From: Acholeplasmataceae bacterium
GTDB lineage: Bacteria > Bacillota_I > Bacilli_A > Acholeplasmatales > Acholeplasmataceae
Length of the DNA: 45,749 nt
Direction of reading: 5' to 3'
Assembly (NCBI GenBank): GCA_023264085.1
Contig: JALQTF010000058.1
Coordinates: 1-45,749 of the forward strand
Both the position numbers and the translations under genes were made by a program. Positions 10,405-19,624 of the stretch are shown piece by piece (position 1 is the first letter of the stretch; each line of letters begins with the position of its first letter). A model generated the notes under the pieces. The model did not search any database. It had not been told where the DNA came from and worked only from the letters and a program-made list of their open reading frames with translations.

Positions 10405-11070
10405 TCAATATTCGATATATTTTAACCTAGGCCAAATCATCAAAAATATAACCATGATACTCATGCCTTTAACGATATTAAATGGCGTATAAGAGATGAT
10501 GACTGCCCATAAAAAAGATTGAATCGAATACTCTGTTTGAGTGACAAAATCAAATACATGAAATGTAAGTCTTTCAGTCAACCCATAATATGACAGTAAT
10601 AATGGCGTTGTTATGAAAAAATTTAAAATTATCATAAATATCGATAATGATAACGTAATCATGAATCCATATACGAAATAATCTTGATTGTTTATCTTAA
10701 TGTCATCAGAAGGGACTTCAATTAAATATGGTTTGACTTTCATTTGTCGGATTTTAGAGGCGAGAAAAAAACCCATAATGATCGATAACGATGCAACGAT
10801 CGCAATCATATCCCCAATAATATTCTCTGGAATAAATCCTTTGAAACTTAATCTCACTAATGATCTTAAGATCACAACCATAACTGTGTCTTTATATCCT
10901 AAAGTAACAAGTGCAACTAATATTGCAACTTCACTGAAATCCAATCTTAAAAATGATGCAAAAGGACCACTAATCACAAACCATGGAATTTCAAACAATC
11001 CTAAAATGATTGATATTGCAGCTAATGCAACAATATAAACGACTCTTTTCAAATTGAGTTTTGTACTCAT
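10405..11070 (-). CDS. ECF-transporter S component-like membrane protein (substrate unknown)
   Basis: 221 aa, polytopic. N-terminal region ...FLRLDFSEVAILVA... resembles RibU/ECF S components. No ecfA/ecfT in the window. Confidence 0.55.
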   Translation of the reverse strand: MSTKLNLKRVVYIVALAAISIILGLFEIPWFVISGPFASFLRLDFSEVAILVALVTLGYKDTVMVVILRSLVRLSFKGFIPENIIGDMIAIVASLSIIMGFFLASKIRQMKVKPYLIEVPSDDIKINNQDYFVYGFMITLSLSIFMIILNFFITTPLLLSYYGLTERLTFHVFDFVTQTEYSIQSFLWAVIISYTPFNIVKGMSIMVIFLMIWPRLKYIEY

Positions 11071-11208
11071 GATGGCCTCTAAAAAAACGTCTTTTGATGA
11101 TGTTATTATAACATGAAATATAGGTGATTTATCATTGAAAACGTTTTAAAATACATTGTTTTTAAAAACTACTACAGAGGTGTATAATAATATAGGCAGG
11201 AGGCTCAC

Positions 11209-12729
11209 ATGAAAAAAACAATTGCATTAATTATATTAGATGGTTATGGCTTATCAGATGACATGACAGGGAATGCTGTTAAACTCGCAAAAACACCATT
11301 TTTGGATACACTATTTACAACGTATCCACACAACACATTAAAAACAAGTGGTGAAGCAGTAGGTTTACCTGAAGGTCAGATGGGAAATAGCGAGGTAGGG
11401 CATTTAAACTTAGGTGCTGGTCGTGTAGTTTATCAATCACTTACACGTATCAATAAAAGTATTAAAGATGGTGACTTTTTTACCAATCAAGCATTTTTAG
11501 ATGCCATTGCTCATGCTAAAGAAAATCAAGGTCGTGTCCATGTATTCGGACTCGTTAGTGATGGTGGTGTGCATGCTTATCCAACACATATAAAAGCTTT
11601 ATTTTCATTAAAAGATACGTATCATGTTCCTATGTATTTACATGCATTTATGGATGGTAGAGATACCCCACCTCAAGGCGGAAAAGAGTACTTAAAAGAC
11701 TTAATAGACCATGGTATTAATGTTGCAACAGTTTCAGGAAGATATTATGCAATGGATAGAGATAACAATTGGTCACGTATTCAAGCATCCATTGATGCTA
11801 TGACATTGGCTAAGGGTGAATTATATATTGACCCTCTAGAAGGTATTCAAGCTTCTTATGATCAAGGGGTCACTGATGAATTTATCGTACCATTTATTTC
11901 AGATAAAGATGGTTTAGTAAGAGACGGAGATGCTATTATTTTTGCAAACTTTAGACCAGATCGTGCCATTCGCATTGCAACAGCATTTTCTAATCCTACC
12001 GCGGCTTCAGCCTATGTTAGTGAAGGAAAACCAACATTAGATGCTTCTCACATACCGAATAATTTGTTTTTTGTATCTATGATGCATTATGCAGAAACAG
12101 TAAAAGGTCCAATTGCTTTCCCTCTTCAATCACTTGAAGACATCTATGGTGAAGTCATTGAACGTCACGGTTTGACACAAGTAAGACTTGCAGAAACTGA
12201 AAAATATCCTCATGTAACATTTTTCTTTGATGGTGGAAAAGAGCAAAGCTTTTCAGGTTCTACAAGACTACTCGTACAATCACCAAAAGTAGCTACTTAT
12301 GATTTAAAACCTGAAATGAGTGCCTATGAAGTGAAAGATAAAGCCGTTGAAGCCATCAAATCAGGCACGTTTGACACAATGATTTTAAATTTTGCAAATC
12401 CAGATATGGTGGGTCACACAGGATCATTAGATGCAACCATTAAAGCCGTTGAAGCCGTAGATGCTTGTACAAAAGCGGTTGTTGAAACATTGCAAAAACA
12501 TGATGGTATTGCAATCGTACTTGCAGATCATGGGAATGCCGAAAAAATGATTAATGAAGATGGTACTTCACATACTGCACATACGACAAACGATGTCCCT
12601 GTCGCAATCACTTCACATGATTATGAACTAAACCACGGTGCTTTGTGTGATGTTGCACCAACATTATTAGAATTATTAAATATCAAACAACCAGAAGCAA
12701 TGACTGGAAAATCACTGATCAAAAAATGA
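11209..12729 (+). CDS. gpmI: 2,3-bisphosphoglycerate-independent phosphoglycerate mutase
   Basis: 506 aa. Starts ALIILDGYG, with catalytic-Ser region MGNSEVGHLNLGAGR and C-terminal ADHGNAE. Confidence 0.96.
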   Translation: MKKTIALIILDGYGLSDDMTGNAVKLAKTPFLDTLFTTYPHNTLKTSGEAVGLPEGQMGNSEVGHLNLGAGRVVYQSLTRINKSIKDGDFFTNQAFLDAIAHAKENQGRVHVFGLVSDGGVHAYPTHIKALFSLKDTYHVPMYLHAFMDGRDTPPQGGKEYLKDLIDHGINVATVSGRYYAMDRDNNWSRIQASIDAMTLAKGELYIDPLEGIQASYDQGVTDEFIVPFISDKDGLVRDGDAIIFANFRPDRAIRIATAFSNPTAASAYVSEGKPTLDASHIPNNLFFVSMMHYAETVKGPIAFPLQSLEDIYGEVIERHGLTQVRLAETEKYPHVTFFFDGGKEQSFSGSTRLLVQSPKVATYDLKPEMSAYEVKDKAVEAIKSGTFDTMILNFANPDMVGHTGSLDATIKAVEAVDACTKAVVETLQKHDGIAIVLADHGNAEKMINEDGTSHTAHTTNDVPVAITSHDYELNHGALCDVAPTLLELLNIKQPEAMTGKSLIKK

Positions 12730-14051
12730 AAAATATTAAATCATACATACATGCCTTGCAAAAAGGTGAAATGACTTCTGAAGACATTGTCACATACTGT
12801 ATTCATCAAATTCAATCCAAAGATATTTACTACAATAGTGTTGCTTATTTAAATCCTAATGCTATTGAAGAAGCGAAAAGATTAGATGCTCTTTTGCAAG
12901 ATGGCATTGTCTTATCGCCTTTGCATGGTATGCCAATTTTAATAAAAGATAATATTGATGTTAAAGGTATGCCAAATACTGCAAATGCATTCATCTTAAA
13001 AGATTATTTTCCCAATGACGATGCGCCATTAGTTAAAAACCTAAAAGAAGCCGGATGTATCATTTTAGGAAAAACCAATTTATCTGAATGGGCATATTTT
13101 ATGAGTGATCAAAATATGCCATCTGGATACGGATCTCTTCATGGACAGGTCATTCATCCTTTTGATGCAACGATTGATCCCTTAGGATCATCCACTGGTT
13201 CTGCTGTTGCGGTTGCTGCATCTCTAGTACCAATGGCTATTGGAACAGAAACAAATGGTTCTATCATTGCGCCAGCATATCAAAATCAAATTATTGGATT
13301 ACGTCCAACTTTTGGTCAAATATCTAATCAAGGGATCATCCCTATAAGTCCTACGCAAGATACTGCAGGGCCTATGGCAAATTCCATCGAAGATCTTACA
13401 TATCTATATGATGTGTTGACCCATCAAAACATTGCATCTGAATTGTCCTCTATAGAAAAACCTTTTCGTGTTGGAATCTTAAATTTAAATTCTTTCCCAA
13501 ATAAAAAAGAAGATCAAAACGTTCTAAATTTACTTCGGAATGTATTACTAGACAATGGACATGAACTACTTGATATCTCAATTGATTATCAACCTGTTTC
13601 GAATAGCGAGACTTTGTTTTATGAATTTAAATCAAGTATAAATGACTATTTAAATCATGCACAACATCCAGCTGCACATAGCCTAAAAGACATCATAAAT
13701 TTCAACAAATTGAATAAGGAACGGATGCTTAAATATGGTCAAACACTATTAGAAAAATCAGAATCAACATCTGGAAACTTAGATGATCCTAAGTATGTTG
13801 AATTAAGGAAAACACTATTAGAAAAAGCATCTGTATTTGATTCACTCATGATTACACATCAATTAGATGCTCTTGTATCGACACACTGGTTACCTGAATC
13901 TCCTATTTTTGGTCAACCTTCACTCGTTTATCCTATGTCAAAAGACTTTAAAAAACCGCTTAAGAGTCTTGTATTTATTGGAAGAAAGCATCAAGAAAAA
14001 GCACTCCTTCAACTAGGGTATTTATTGGAACAAAAAGAAAAAGAAGCTTAG
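12726..14051 (+). CDS. Amidase-signature family hydrolase (substrate unknown)
   Basis: 441 aa. Has ILIKDNID (catalytic Lys region) and the Gly/Ser-rich signature GSSTGSAVAVAA. ATGA overlap with the gpmI stop. Confidence 0.8.
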   Translation: MKNIKSYIHALQKGEMTSEDIVTYCIHQIQSKDIYYNSVAYLNPNAIEEAKRLDALLQDGIVLSPLHGMPILIKDNIDVKGMPNTANAFILKDYFPNDDAPLVKNLKEAGCIILGKTNLSEWAYFMSDQNMPSGYGSLHGQVIHPFDATIDPLGSSTGSAVAVAASLVPMAIGTETNGSIIAPAYQNQIIGLRPTFGQISNQGIIPISPTQDTAGPMANSIEDLTYLYDVLTHQNIASELSSIEKPFRVGILNLNSFPNKKEDQNVLNLLRNVLLDNGHELLDISIDYQPVSNSETLFYEFKSSINDYLNHAQHPAAHSLKDIINFNKLNKERMLKYGQTLLEKSESTSGNLDDPKYVELRKTLLEKASVFDSLMITHQLDALVSTHWLPESPIFGQPSLVYPMSKDFKKPLKSLVFIGRKHQEKALLQLGYLLEQKEKEA

Positions 14052-14065
14052 CTTCTTTTTCTTTT
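14033..14065. terminator. Bidirectional terminator-like 33-bp perfect palindrome spanning the convergent amidase and hydrolase stop codons
   Basis: AAAAGAAAAAGAAGCT-T-AGCTTCTTTTTCTTTT, with 16 complementary positions on each side of 14049, checked base by base. The TAG (plus) and TAA (minus) stops lie at the centre. Confidence 0.55.
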
Positions 14066-14848
14066 ATGTATCCATTGAACAACATCAGTGAAACATGTTT
14101 CTTTATCTAAATCATTAAATATTTCATGATAAGCATTTGGATAAATAATCATCGTCTTATCTTCTGATGGAATTGTTTCGAACCAAGATTGACTCATGTT
14201 TTTGGGGACGATTTTATCATCTTCTCCATGTAATATAAGTGTCGGCACTTTATGTTTTGATGCATGTTTTTTTAGATATCTTACTCCAGAAACCATCATT
14301 TGACCAATGAGTGATCCATACATTTTTTTTAAGTTTAAAGGATCATTTATATACGCTTTTTCTACACTAGGAATTCTCGATAATTTATCATCTGCGAAAT
14401 TTGTTTTTACAGAATACCAAGAAAGCAATTTTGGACCTAATATTCTTAAAGGTAAAACATCTTTTAAAAAGTGTGTTGGTGCCCCAGATGTGATAATACC
14501 GGCGACATCTTGATAAGTCACTGCATACATATGCGTAATCAATCCACCCAAACTGTGACCCAATAAAAATATTTGATCATTAGGGTATGTTTTTTTTACA
14601 TGGTTCACGAGTCCATGCAAATCTTCTAAAATAAGTTTAAAATGCGAGAGTTTTCCCCGTTTACCTGCACTTTGACCATGGCCTCTTAAGTCAAATGCAA
14701 ATGTTGAAATATGATGCAATTCTAAATATGTCATCATTTCTTCATATCTGCCACTATGCTCAGCAATACCATGAACGATGATGACGGTTTGATTACTTTT
14801 TTGAGCTCTTTTTTCTCTTGTAAAAATGAGTGTATTATTTACAAACAT
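14048..14848 (-). CDS. Alpha/beta hydrolase (lysophospholipase / monoacylglycerol lipase-like)
   Basis: 266 aa. Has HGIAEHSGRY, nucleophile elbow GHSLGG, and C-terminal HGEDDKIV...YHE (Asp/His of the triad). Confidence 0.8.
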   Translation of the reverse strand: MFVNNTLIFTREKRAQKSNQTVIIVHGIAEHSGRYEEMMTYLELHHISTFAFDLRGHGQSAGKRGKLSHFKLILEDLHGLVNHVKKTYPNDQIFLLGHSLGGLITHMYAVTYQDVAGIITSGAPTHFLKDVLPLRILGPKLLSWYSVKTNFADDKLSRIPSVEKAYINDPLNLKKMYGSLIGQMMVSGVRYLKKHASKHKVPTLILHGEDDKIVPKNMSQSWFETIPSEDKTMIIYPNAYHEIFNDLDKETCFTDVVQWIHKRKRS

Positions 14849-14956
14849 AAGTCACTTCCTTTTTCATGTTTATTTTACTCTAAAATGACAAAAAAGTCAG
14901 TATGTTTCGTGTGATTTTCAGTGAAAAAATAGTATAATATTCAAAAGGAGTTTTCT

Positions 14957-16030
14957 ATGAAAACCACATCATTACATAAAAATCATATTGCTTTAAATGC
15001 CAAGATGGTTGACTTCGGTGGTTTTGACATGCCTCTTTTTTATTCCAATATCACACATGAACATCAACAAGTTCGACAAGCAGCAGGCATCTTTGATGTT
15101 TCACACATGGGTGAAATCATGCTTATCGGAAAAGATGCAATGCAATTTGCAAATTATATTTTAACGAATTCAATTACCGACAATAACGCTAAAGTAACTT
15201 ATGCATTAATGTGTAATCATGAAGGTACTGTTATCGATGATTTACTTGTTTATGTCTTAGATTTATCTAACATTCTACTTGTTGTGAATGCAAGTAATAC
15301 ACAAAAAGATTATGAATGGATCCTCAGTCAAAGTAGAGATTTTGATATTGAGGTCAAAAATATATCAGATGAATACAGTCAAATTGCAATACAAGGCCCA
15401 GACGCAGCAAAACTTTGTACATCGTTATTTACTCTAGATACACCGTTAAAATTCATGGAATACACATCTTTAACAAAAGATAATCGTCAGCTTATTATTT
15501 CTAGAACGGGCTATACTGGCGAAGATGGCTATGAGATTTATGGTTCACATGAAACGATCATTGATTTATGGAATCAAGCATTAAAACTTGGCATCACTCC
15601 TTGTGGATTAGGCGCAAGAGATACGTTAAGATTTGAAGCAAGTTTACCACTTTATGGTCATGAACTTTCAGATCAAATCAATCCCATTGAAGCCGGTTTA
15701 TCATTTGCTGTGAAACAAGAACCATTTATTGGTTATCAAGCAATTCAACATTTTAAAGCACATCCTACAAAAAAACTTGTTGGTATCGAAATGATTGATA
15801 AAGGTATTCCGAGAGAAGGTTATCAATTATATGATCAAGATGTTACAGTAGGTTATGTAACAACCGGTTATTTACTACCAACACAATCCTCAGGATTAGC
15901 ACTTGCTTATGTAGAAATGTCCTATGCATCTCTTGGAAAATCGCTTACTGTCAACATAAGAGGTAAACATTTAGCATGTAAAGTAGTTAAAAAAGCATTT
16001 ATGAAGAAAAACTATAAAAAAGGGGTATGA
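14957..16030 (+). CDS. gcvT: Glycine cleavage system aminomethyltransferase (T protein)
   Basis: 357 aa. Motifs FDVSHMGE and SRTGYTGEDGYEI. First gene of the gcvT-H-PA-PB cluster. Confidence 0.95.
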   Translation: MKTTSLHKNHIALNAKMVDFGGFDMPLFYSNITHEHQQVRQAAGIFDVSHMGEIMLIGKDAMQFANYILTNSITDNNAKVTYALMCNHEGTVIDDLLVYVLDLSNILLVVNASNTQKDYEWILSQSRDFDIEVKNISDEYSQIAIQGPDAAKLCTSLFTLDTPLKFMEYTSLTKDNRQLIISRTGYTGEDGYEIYGSHETIIDLWNQALKLGITPCGLGARDTLRFEASLPLYGHELSDQINPIEAGLSFAVKQEPFIGYQAIQHFKAHPTKKLVGIEMIDKGIPREGYQLYDQDVTVGYVTTGYLLPTQSSGLALAYVEMSYASLGKSLTVNIRGKHLACKVVKKAFMKKNYKKGV

Positions 16031-16031
16031 C

Positions 16032-16394
16032 ATGGGAACAAAACTTTATTCAGCATCCGATGAATGGATACTCATTGAAACAGATCAAGTTTCAATAGGG
16101 ATTACAAAATATGCTGCAGATCAACTTGGAGATATCGTATTTATCGATTTACCTTCGATTGGTCAAATGATTGAAAAAGATGGTGCTTTTGGTGCAGTTG
16201 AATCCGTCAAAGCTGCAGCAGATTTATATGCACCTATTTCAGGTGAAGTCATCTCAGTGAATCAAGCACTTTTAGATGCACCTGAATTATTAAATGAAGA
16301 TCCTGAACATACATTTATTGTGACGTTGAAAATTGATCAACTCGATATTGATGGTTTAATGGATGAATCGACGTATTTAAATTCTAAGAATTAG
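16032..16394 (+). CDS. gcvH: Glycine cleavage system H protein
   Basis: 120 aa. Lipoyl-lysine motif VESVKAAADLYAPISGEV. Confidence 0.95.
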   Translation: MGTKLYSASDEWILIETDQVSIGITKYAADQLGDIVFIDLPSIGQMIEKDGAFGAVESVKAAADLYAPISGEVISVNQALLDAPELLNEDPEHTFIVTLKIDQLDIDGLMDESTYLNSKN

Positions 16395-16402
16395 GAGTAA
16401 CC

Positions 16403-17707
16403 ATGCACAAATATTTTCCTCAAACTATACATGATCAAAAGAAAATGCTCGATGAGATTGGTGCATCTTCTATTGATGACCTCTTTCATGCCATTCCGGA
16501 TACATTAAAATATCATGGTACGTTTGATTTACCTTTATCGCTAGGTGATTTTCAACTCACAAAGCATATGCAAGAAAAACAGGCAATGAACGCTTCTTTA
16601 ACCGTATTTAGAGGTGCTGGGGCATTTGATCATTATATTCCAACTGTTGTTAGAAACATTACAACTAGACAAGAATTTCTAACTTCATATACTCCATATC
16701 AACCAGAAGTCGCTCAAGGAACACTTCAGTATATTTTTGAATACCAAAGTATTGTTTCAGAACTTACCGGTATGGATGTTTCTAATGCATCCATGTATGA
16801 TGGCACAACTGCAACTGCTGAAGCAATGTATATGGCCTATGGTATTACTGGTAAATCGACGATTTGTGTTTCGAAAACTTTAAATGATCACATCCTTGAA
16901 GTTATTGAAACCTATGCATATTTCAGAAATATTGACATTAGATATGTCGAAGAGAAAAATGGTCATATTGATTTGACTGGTATTGATGAGTTACTTCAAG
17001 ATTCCATGGGTATCATCGTTCAATCACCAAATAAATATGGCATCATTGAAACTTATGAAGATTTAAGCGATAAAGTACACCAACACAAAGGCCTTTTTAT
17101 TTTTAATAGAGAGGGTCAAGCACTTTCTTTATTAAAAACCCCTAAAGATGAAGGTGCAGATATTGCTTGTGGAGATTTACAAGCACTCGGTATTCCTTTA
17201 TCTTCTGGTGGACCTTATATAGGATATTTAGCCACTAACCAAACATACATTAGAAAACTTCCTGGACGTATTTGTGGGTTGACAAAAGATGTCGATGGTA
17301 AACGTGCTTTTGTACTTACATTACAAGCACGAGAACAACATATTAGAAGAGATAAAGCCAATTCTAACATTTGTAGTAATCAATCTTTAAATGCGCTTGC
17401 TGTTACAGTTTATGTTTCTTCACTTGGCAAAAAAGGATTAAAAGATGTTGCTCAAGCATGTTTAAATGGTGCATATCATTTTAAAAACATGTTATTAAAA
17501 ACAGGATTATTTGAAGATGTTTATAAACATGCACATTTTAAAGAATTCACCTTAAAATATTTAGGTGATCCAACATCATTAAATACACTTGTTAGACAGC
17601 ATGGTTTTTTAGGTCCTGTCATTCAAAACAATCAAATGGTAACTTTTGCAGTCACAGAAAAACGTACCATTGAAGACATGCAAGCGTTTGTGGAGGTGCT
17701 TCAATGA
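16403..17707 (+). CDS. gcvPA: Glycine dehydrogenase (decarboxylating) subunit 1
   Basis: 434 aa. Contains SYTPYQPEVAQGTLQ, typical of the P-protein alpha subunit. Overlaps gcvPB by 4 nt. Confidence 0.95.
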   Translation: MHKYFPQTIHDQKKMLDEIGASSIDDLFHAIPDTLKYHGTFDLPLSLGDFQLTKHMQEKQAMNASLTVFRGAGAFDHYIPTVVRNITTRQEFLTSYTPYQPEVAQGTLQYIFEYQSIVSELTGMDVSNASMYDGTTATAEAMYMAYGITGKSTICVSKTLNDHILEVIETYAYFRNIDIRYVEEKNGHIDLTGIDELLQDSMGIIVQSPNKYGIIETYEDLSDKVHQHKGLFIFNREGQALSLLKTPKDEGADIACGDLQALGIPLSSGGPYIGYLATNQTYIRKLPGRICGLTKDVDGKRAFVLTLQAREQHIRRDKANSNICSNQSLNALAVTVYVSSLGKKGLKDVAQACLNGAYHFKNMLLKTGLFEDVYKHAHFKEFTLKYLGDPTSLNTLVRQHGFLGPVIQNNQMVTFAVTEKRTIEDMQAFVEVLQ

Positions 17708-19170
17708 GACCATTTGATCAAACGCTTATCTTTGAAAAATCAACCCATGAAAGACAAGCTTCCCATTTTACATTTGAAAAGTTTGAACCCGTTACATTAC
17801 CCGATCATCTTTTAAGACATGACGATCCACTTCTTCCTGAAGTATCCGAACTTGAACTCATGAGACATTTTATCAATATGTCTACTAAAAACATGGGGAT
17901 TGAAACAGGGTTTTATCCACTTGGTTCATGTACCATGAAGTATAATCCTAAAATCAATGATGAACTTGCAACATTAAATGGGTTCATAGATACACATCCA
18001 TTATCAAATGACGAAGATATGCAAGGCATACTTTCCATTTATGATGACACCCAAAAAATGTTGTCTACTCTCACTGGTATGGATACATTTAGTTTAAATC
18101 CATTTGCAGGTGCACATGGAGAACAAACAGGACTCATGATCATTAAAAAGTATCATGAAAAACAAGGCAATTCACATAAAAATGTTATTATCGTCCCTGA
18201 TAATGCGCACGGGACGAATCCAGCATCTGCAGTGATATGCGGGTTTAAAGTTGTTGAAATAAAGTCTAATCCGGATGGAACGGTTAACTTAGAAGCACTG
18301 GAATCTGTTCTAGATGACTCTGTGGCTGGACTGATGCTCACCAATCCTAATACCGCAGGTGTCTTTGAAAAAGATATTCGCCTTATTGCAGACAAAGTGC
18401 ATGAAAAAGGTGGATTACTATATTATGATGGTGCGAATTTAAATGCCCTTGTCGGTGTTGCGAGACCTGCAGATATGGGATTTGATGTCATGCATATTAA
18501 TTTACACAAGACTTTTTCTACACCGCATGGTGGTGGTGGTCCAGGATCTGGACCAGTAGGTGTTGTGTCGTCTTTAAAACAATTTCTTCCCAATCCTCAA
18601 GTAGTCTTTGATAATAAACAATACAAACGTGTCTATCATCCCGATTCGATTGGAAGAGTTGGCGGTTTTATAGGGAACACACTCGTGTATTTACGTGCAT
18701 ATGTTTATATGCGATCGCTTGGAAAAGAACATTTAATTGAAATTGGTCCCCGTGCAGTCCTCAATGCAAACTATGTAAAAACGCGATTAAAAGATCACTT
18801 TAATATGCCTTTAAAAGATTATTGCATGCATGAATTTGTCTATGATGGACTCAAAGATAATTCAGATATTAAAACATTAGATATCGCTAAACGACTTTTA
18901 GATTTTGGGATCCATGCACCGACGATTTACTTCCCACTCATTTATAAGCAAGCGATGATGATAGAGCCTACAGAAGCTGAATCATTACAAACGCTAGATA
19001 CATTCATAGAAGTGATGGAACATATCGTTAAGGAAGCTAAAGAAACACCTGAAATACTTAAAACAGCACCACATCATGGATATGTCAAACGTTTAGATGA
19101 AGCAACTGCTGCAAGACATCCAATTTTAACGTATCGTCAATTCAAAGAAAAAGAAGTGTCTCAATCTTGA
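17704..19170 (+). CDS. gcvPB: Glycine dehydrogenase (decarboxylating) subunit 2
   Basis: 488 aa. PLP-Lys region HINLHKTFSTPHGGGGPGSGP. Confidence 0.95.
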   Translation: MRPFDQTLIFEKSTHERQASHFTFEKFEPVTLPDHLLRHDDPLLPEVSELELMRHFINMSTKNMGIETGFYPLGSCTMKYNPKINDELATLNGFIDTHPLSNDEDMQGILSIYDDTQKMLSTLTGMDTFSLNPFAGAHGEQTGLMIIKKYHEKQGNSHKNVIIVPDNAHGTNPASAVICGFKVVEIKSNPDGTVNLEALESVLDDSVAGLMLTNPNTAGVFEKDIRLIADKVHEKGGLLYYDGANLNALVGVARPADMGFDVMHINLHKTFSTPHGGGGPGSGPVGVVSSLKQFLPNPQVVFDNKQYKRVYHPDSIGRVGGFIGNTLVYLRAYVYMRSLGKEHLIEIGPRAVLNANYVKTRLKDHFNMPLKDYCMHEFVYDGLKDNSDIKTLDIAKRLLDFGIHAPTIYFPLIYKQAMMIEPTEAESLQTLDTFIEVMEHIVKEAKETPEILKTAPHHGYVKRLDEATAARHPILTYRQFKEKEVSQS

Positions 19171-19185
19171 GTCACTTCTTTTTTT
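19146..19185. terminator. Bidirectional terminator: near-perfect palindrome spanning the overlapping gcvPB and ohr 3' ends
   Basis: AAGAAAAAGAAGTG-T-CTCAA-tc-TTGAG-T-CACTTCTTTTTTT. There is one T/T mismatch, and the T-run follows on the plus strand. The two ORFs overlap by 10 nt inside it. Confidence 0.65.
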
Positions 19186-19592
19186 AATGAGATACCTCTA
19201 ATTTGTATATTTTTTGCCTGCAATAGTTTAGAAATTGGACATCGTTGATGTGTTTCTTCTACTAACATGTTTATTAATGCATCATCTTCAGTATCGATAT
19301 ATAATCTCGCATCATAATAAAATTGATATCCAACTGGTGGCCCTTGGTCTAATTCCATATGAAAATCTACTTCTGTATACGTTTTAAACGTTAAGGATTG
19401 AATTTCTAATACATACCGCAAAGTCGATTCTAAGCATGTCGCCCATGAAAATGCTAAAAGTTCACCTGGATTGTACCCATCTTCTTTTTTTAATGTCGGT
19501 TTAAATAGAAGAGATCTTCCAGATGAAGATGTTGAAAAACCTTGATCAGCATGCGTATTTTTAATTGTAATTGAGTAAAGTCTTTTTTTCAT
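19161..19592 (-). CDS. ohr: OsmC/Ohr family organic hydroperoxide resistance protein
   Basis: Two conserved Cys contexts: NPGELLAFSWATCL and THQRCPISK. The ORF-track start at 19601 is GTG. I prefer the in-frame ATG at 19592 (MKKRLYS...), but the start is uncertain. Confidence 0.78.
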   Translation of the reverse strand: MKKRLYSITIKNTHADQGFSTSSSGRSLLFKPTLKKEDGYNPGELLAFSWATCLESTLRYVLEIQSLTFKTYTEVDFHMELDQGPPVGYQFYYDARLYIDTEDDALINMLVEETHQRCPISKLLQAKNIQIRGISLKKEVTQD

Positions 19593-19624
19593 ATAGTCCA
19601 CTTAATTAATGATATAATTTTTCT

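Noticed and set aside
10688-11038. 116-aa ORF antisense to the ECF S-component gene, the longest unassigned ORF in the track
   Set aside because: It is fully embedded antisense in a membrane-protein gene whose sense frame shows coherent TM segments and a family motif. The antisense product has no motif and no RBS, so it is probably a shadow ORF.
11071-11208. Possible riboswitch (e.g. FMN/THF) upstream of the ECF S-component gene
   Set aside because: The divergent intergenic region is only 138 nt, AT-rich, and shared with the gpmI promoter. I see no conserved riboswitch core or terminator/antiterminator structure. An Rfam scan would settle it.
12726-14051. Calling the amidase-signature protein GatA
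   Set aside because: There are no adjacent gatC or gatB genes, and at 441 aa it is shorter than typical GatA. The signature alone does not discriminate, so it is left as a generic amidase.
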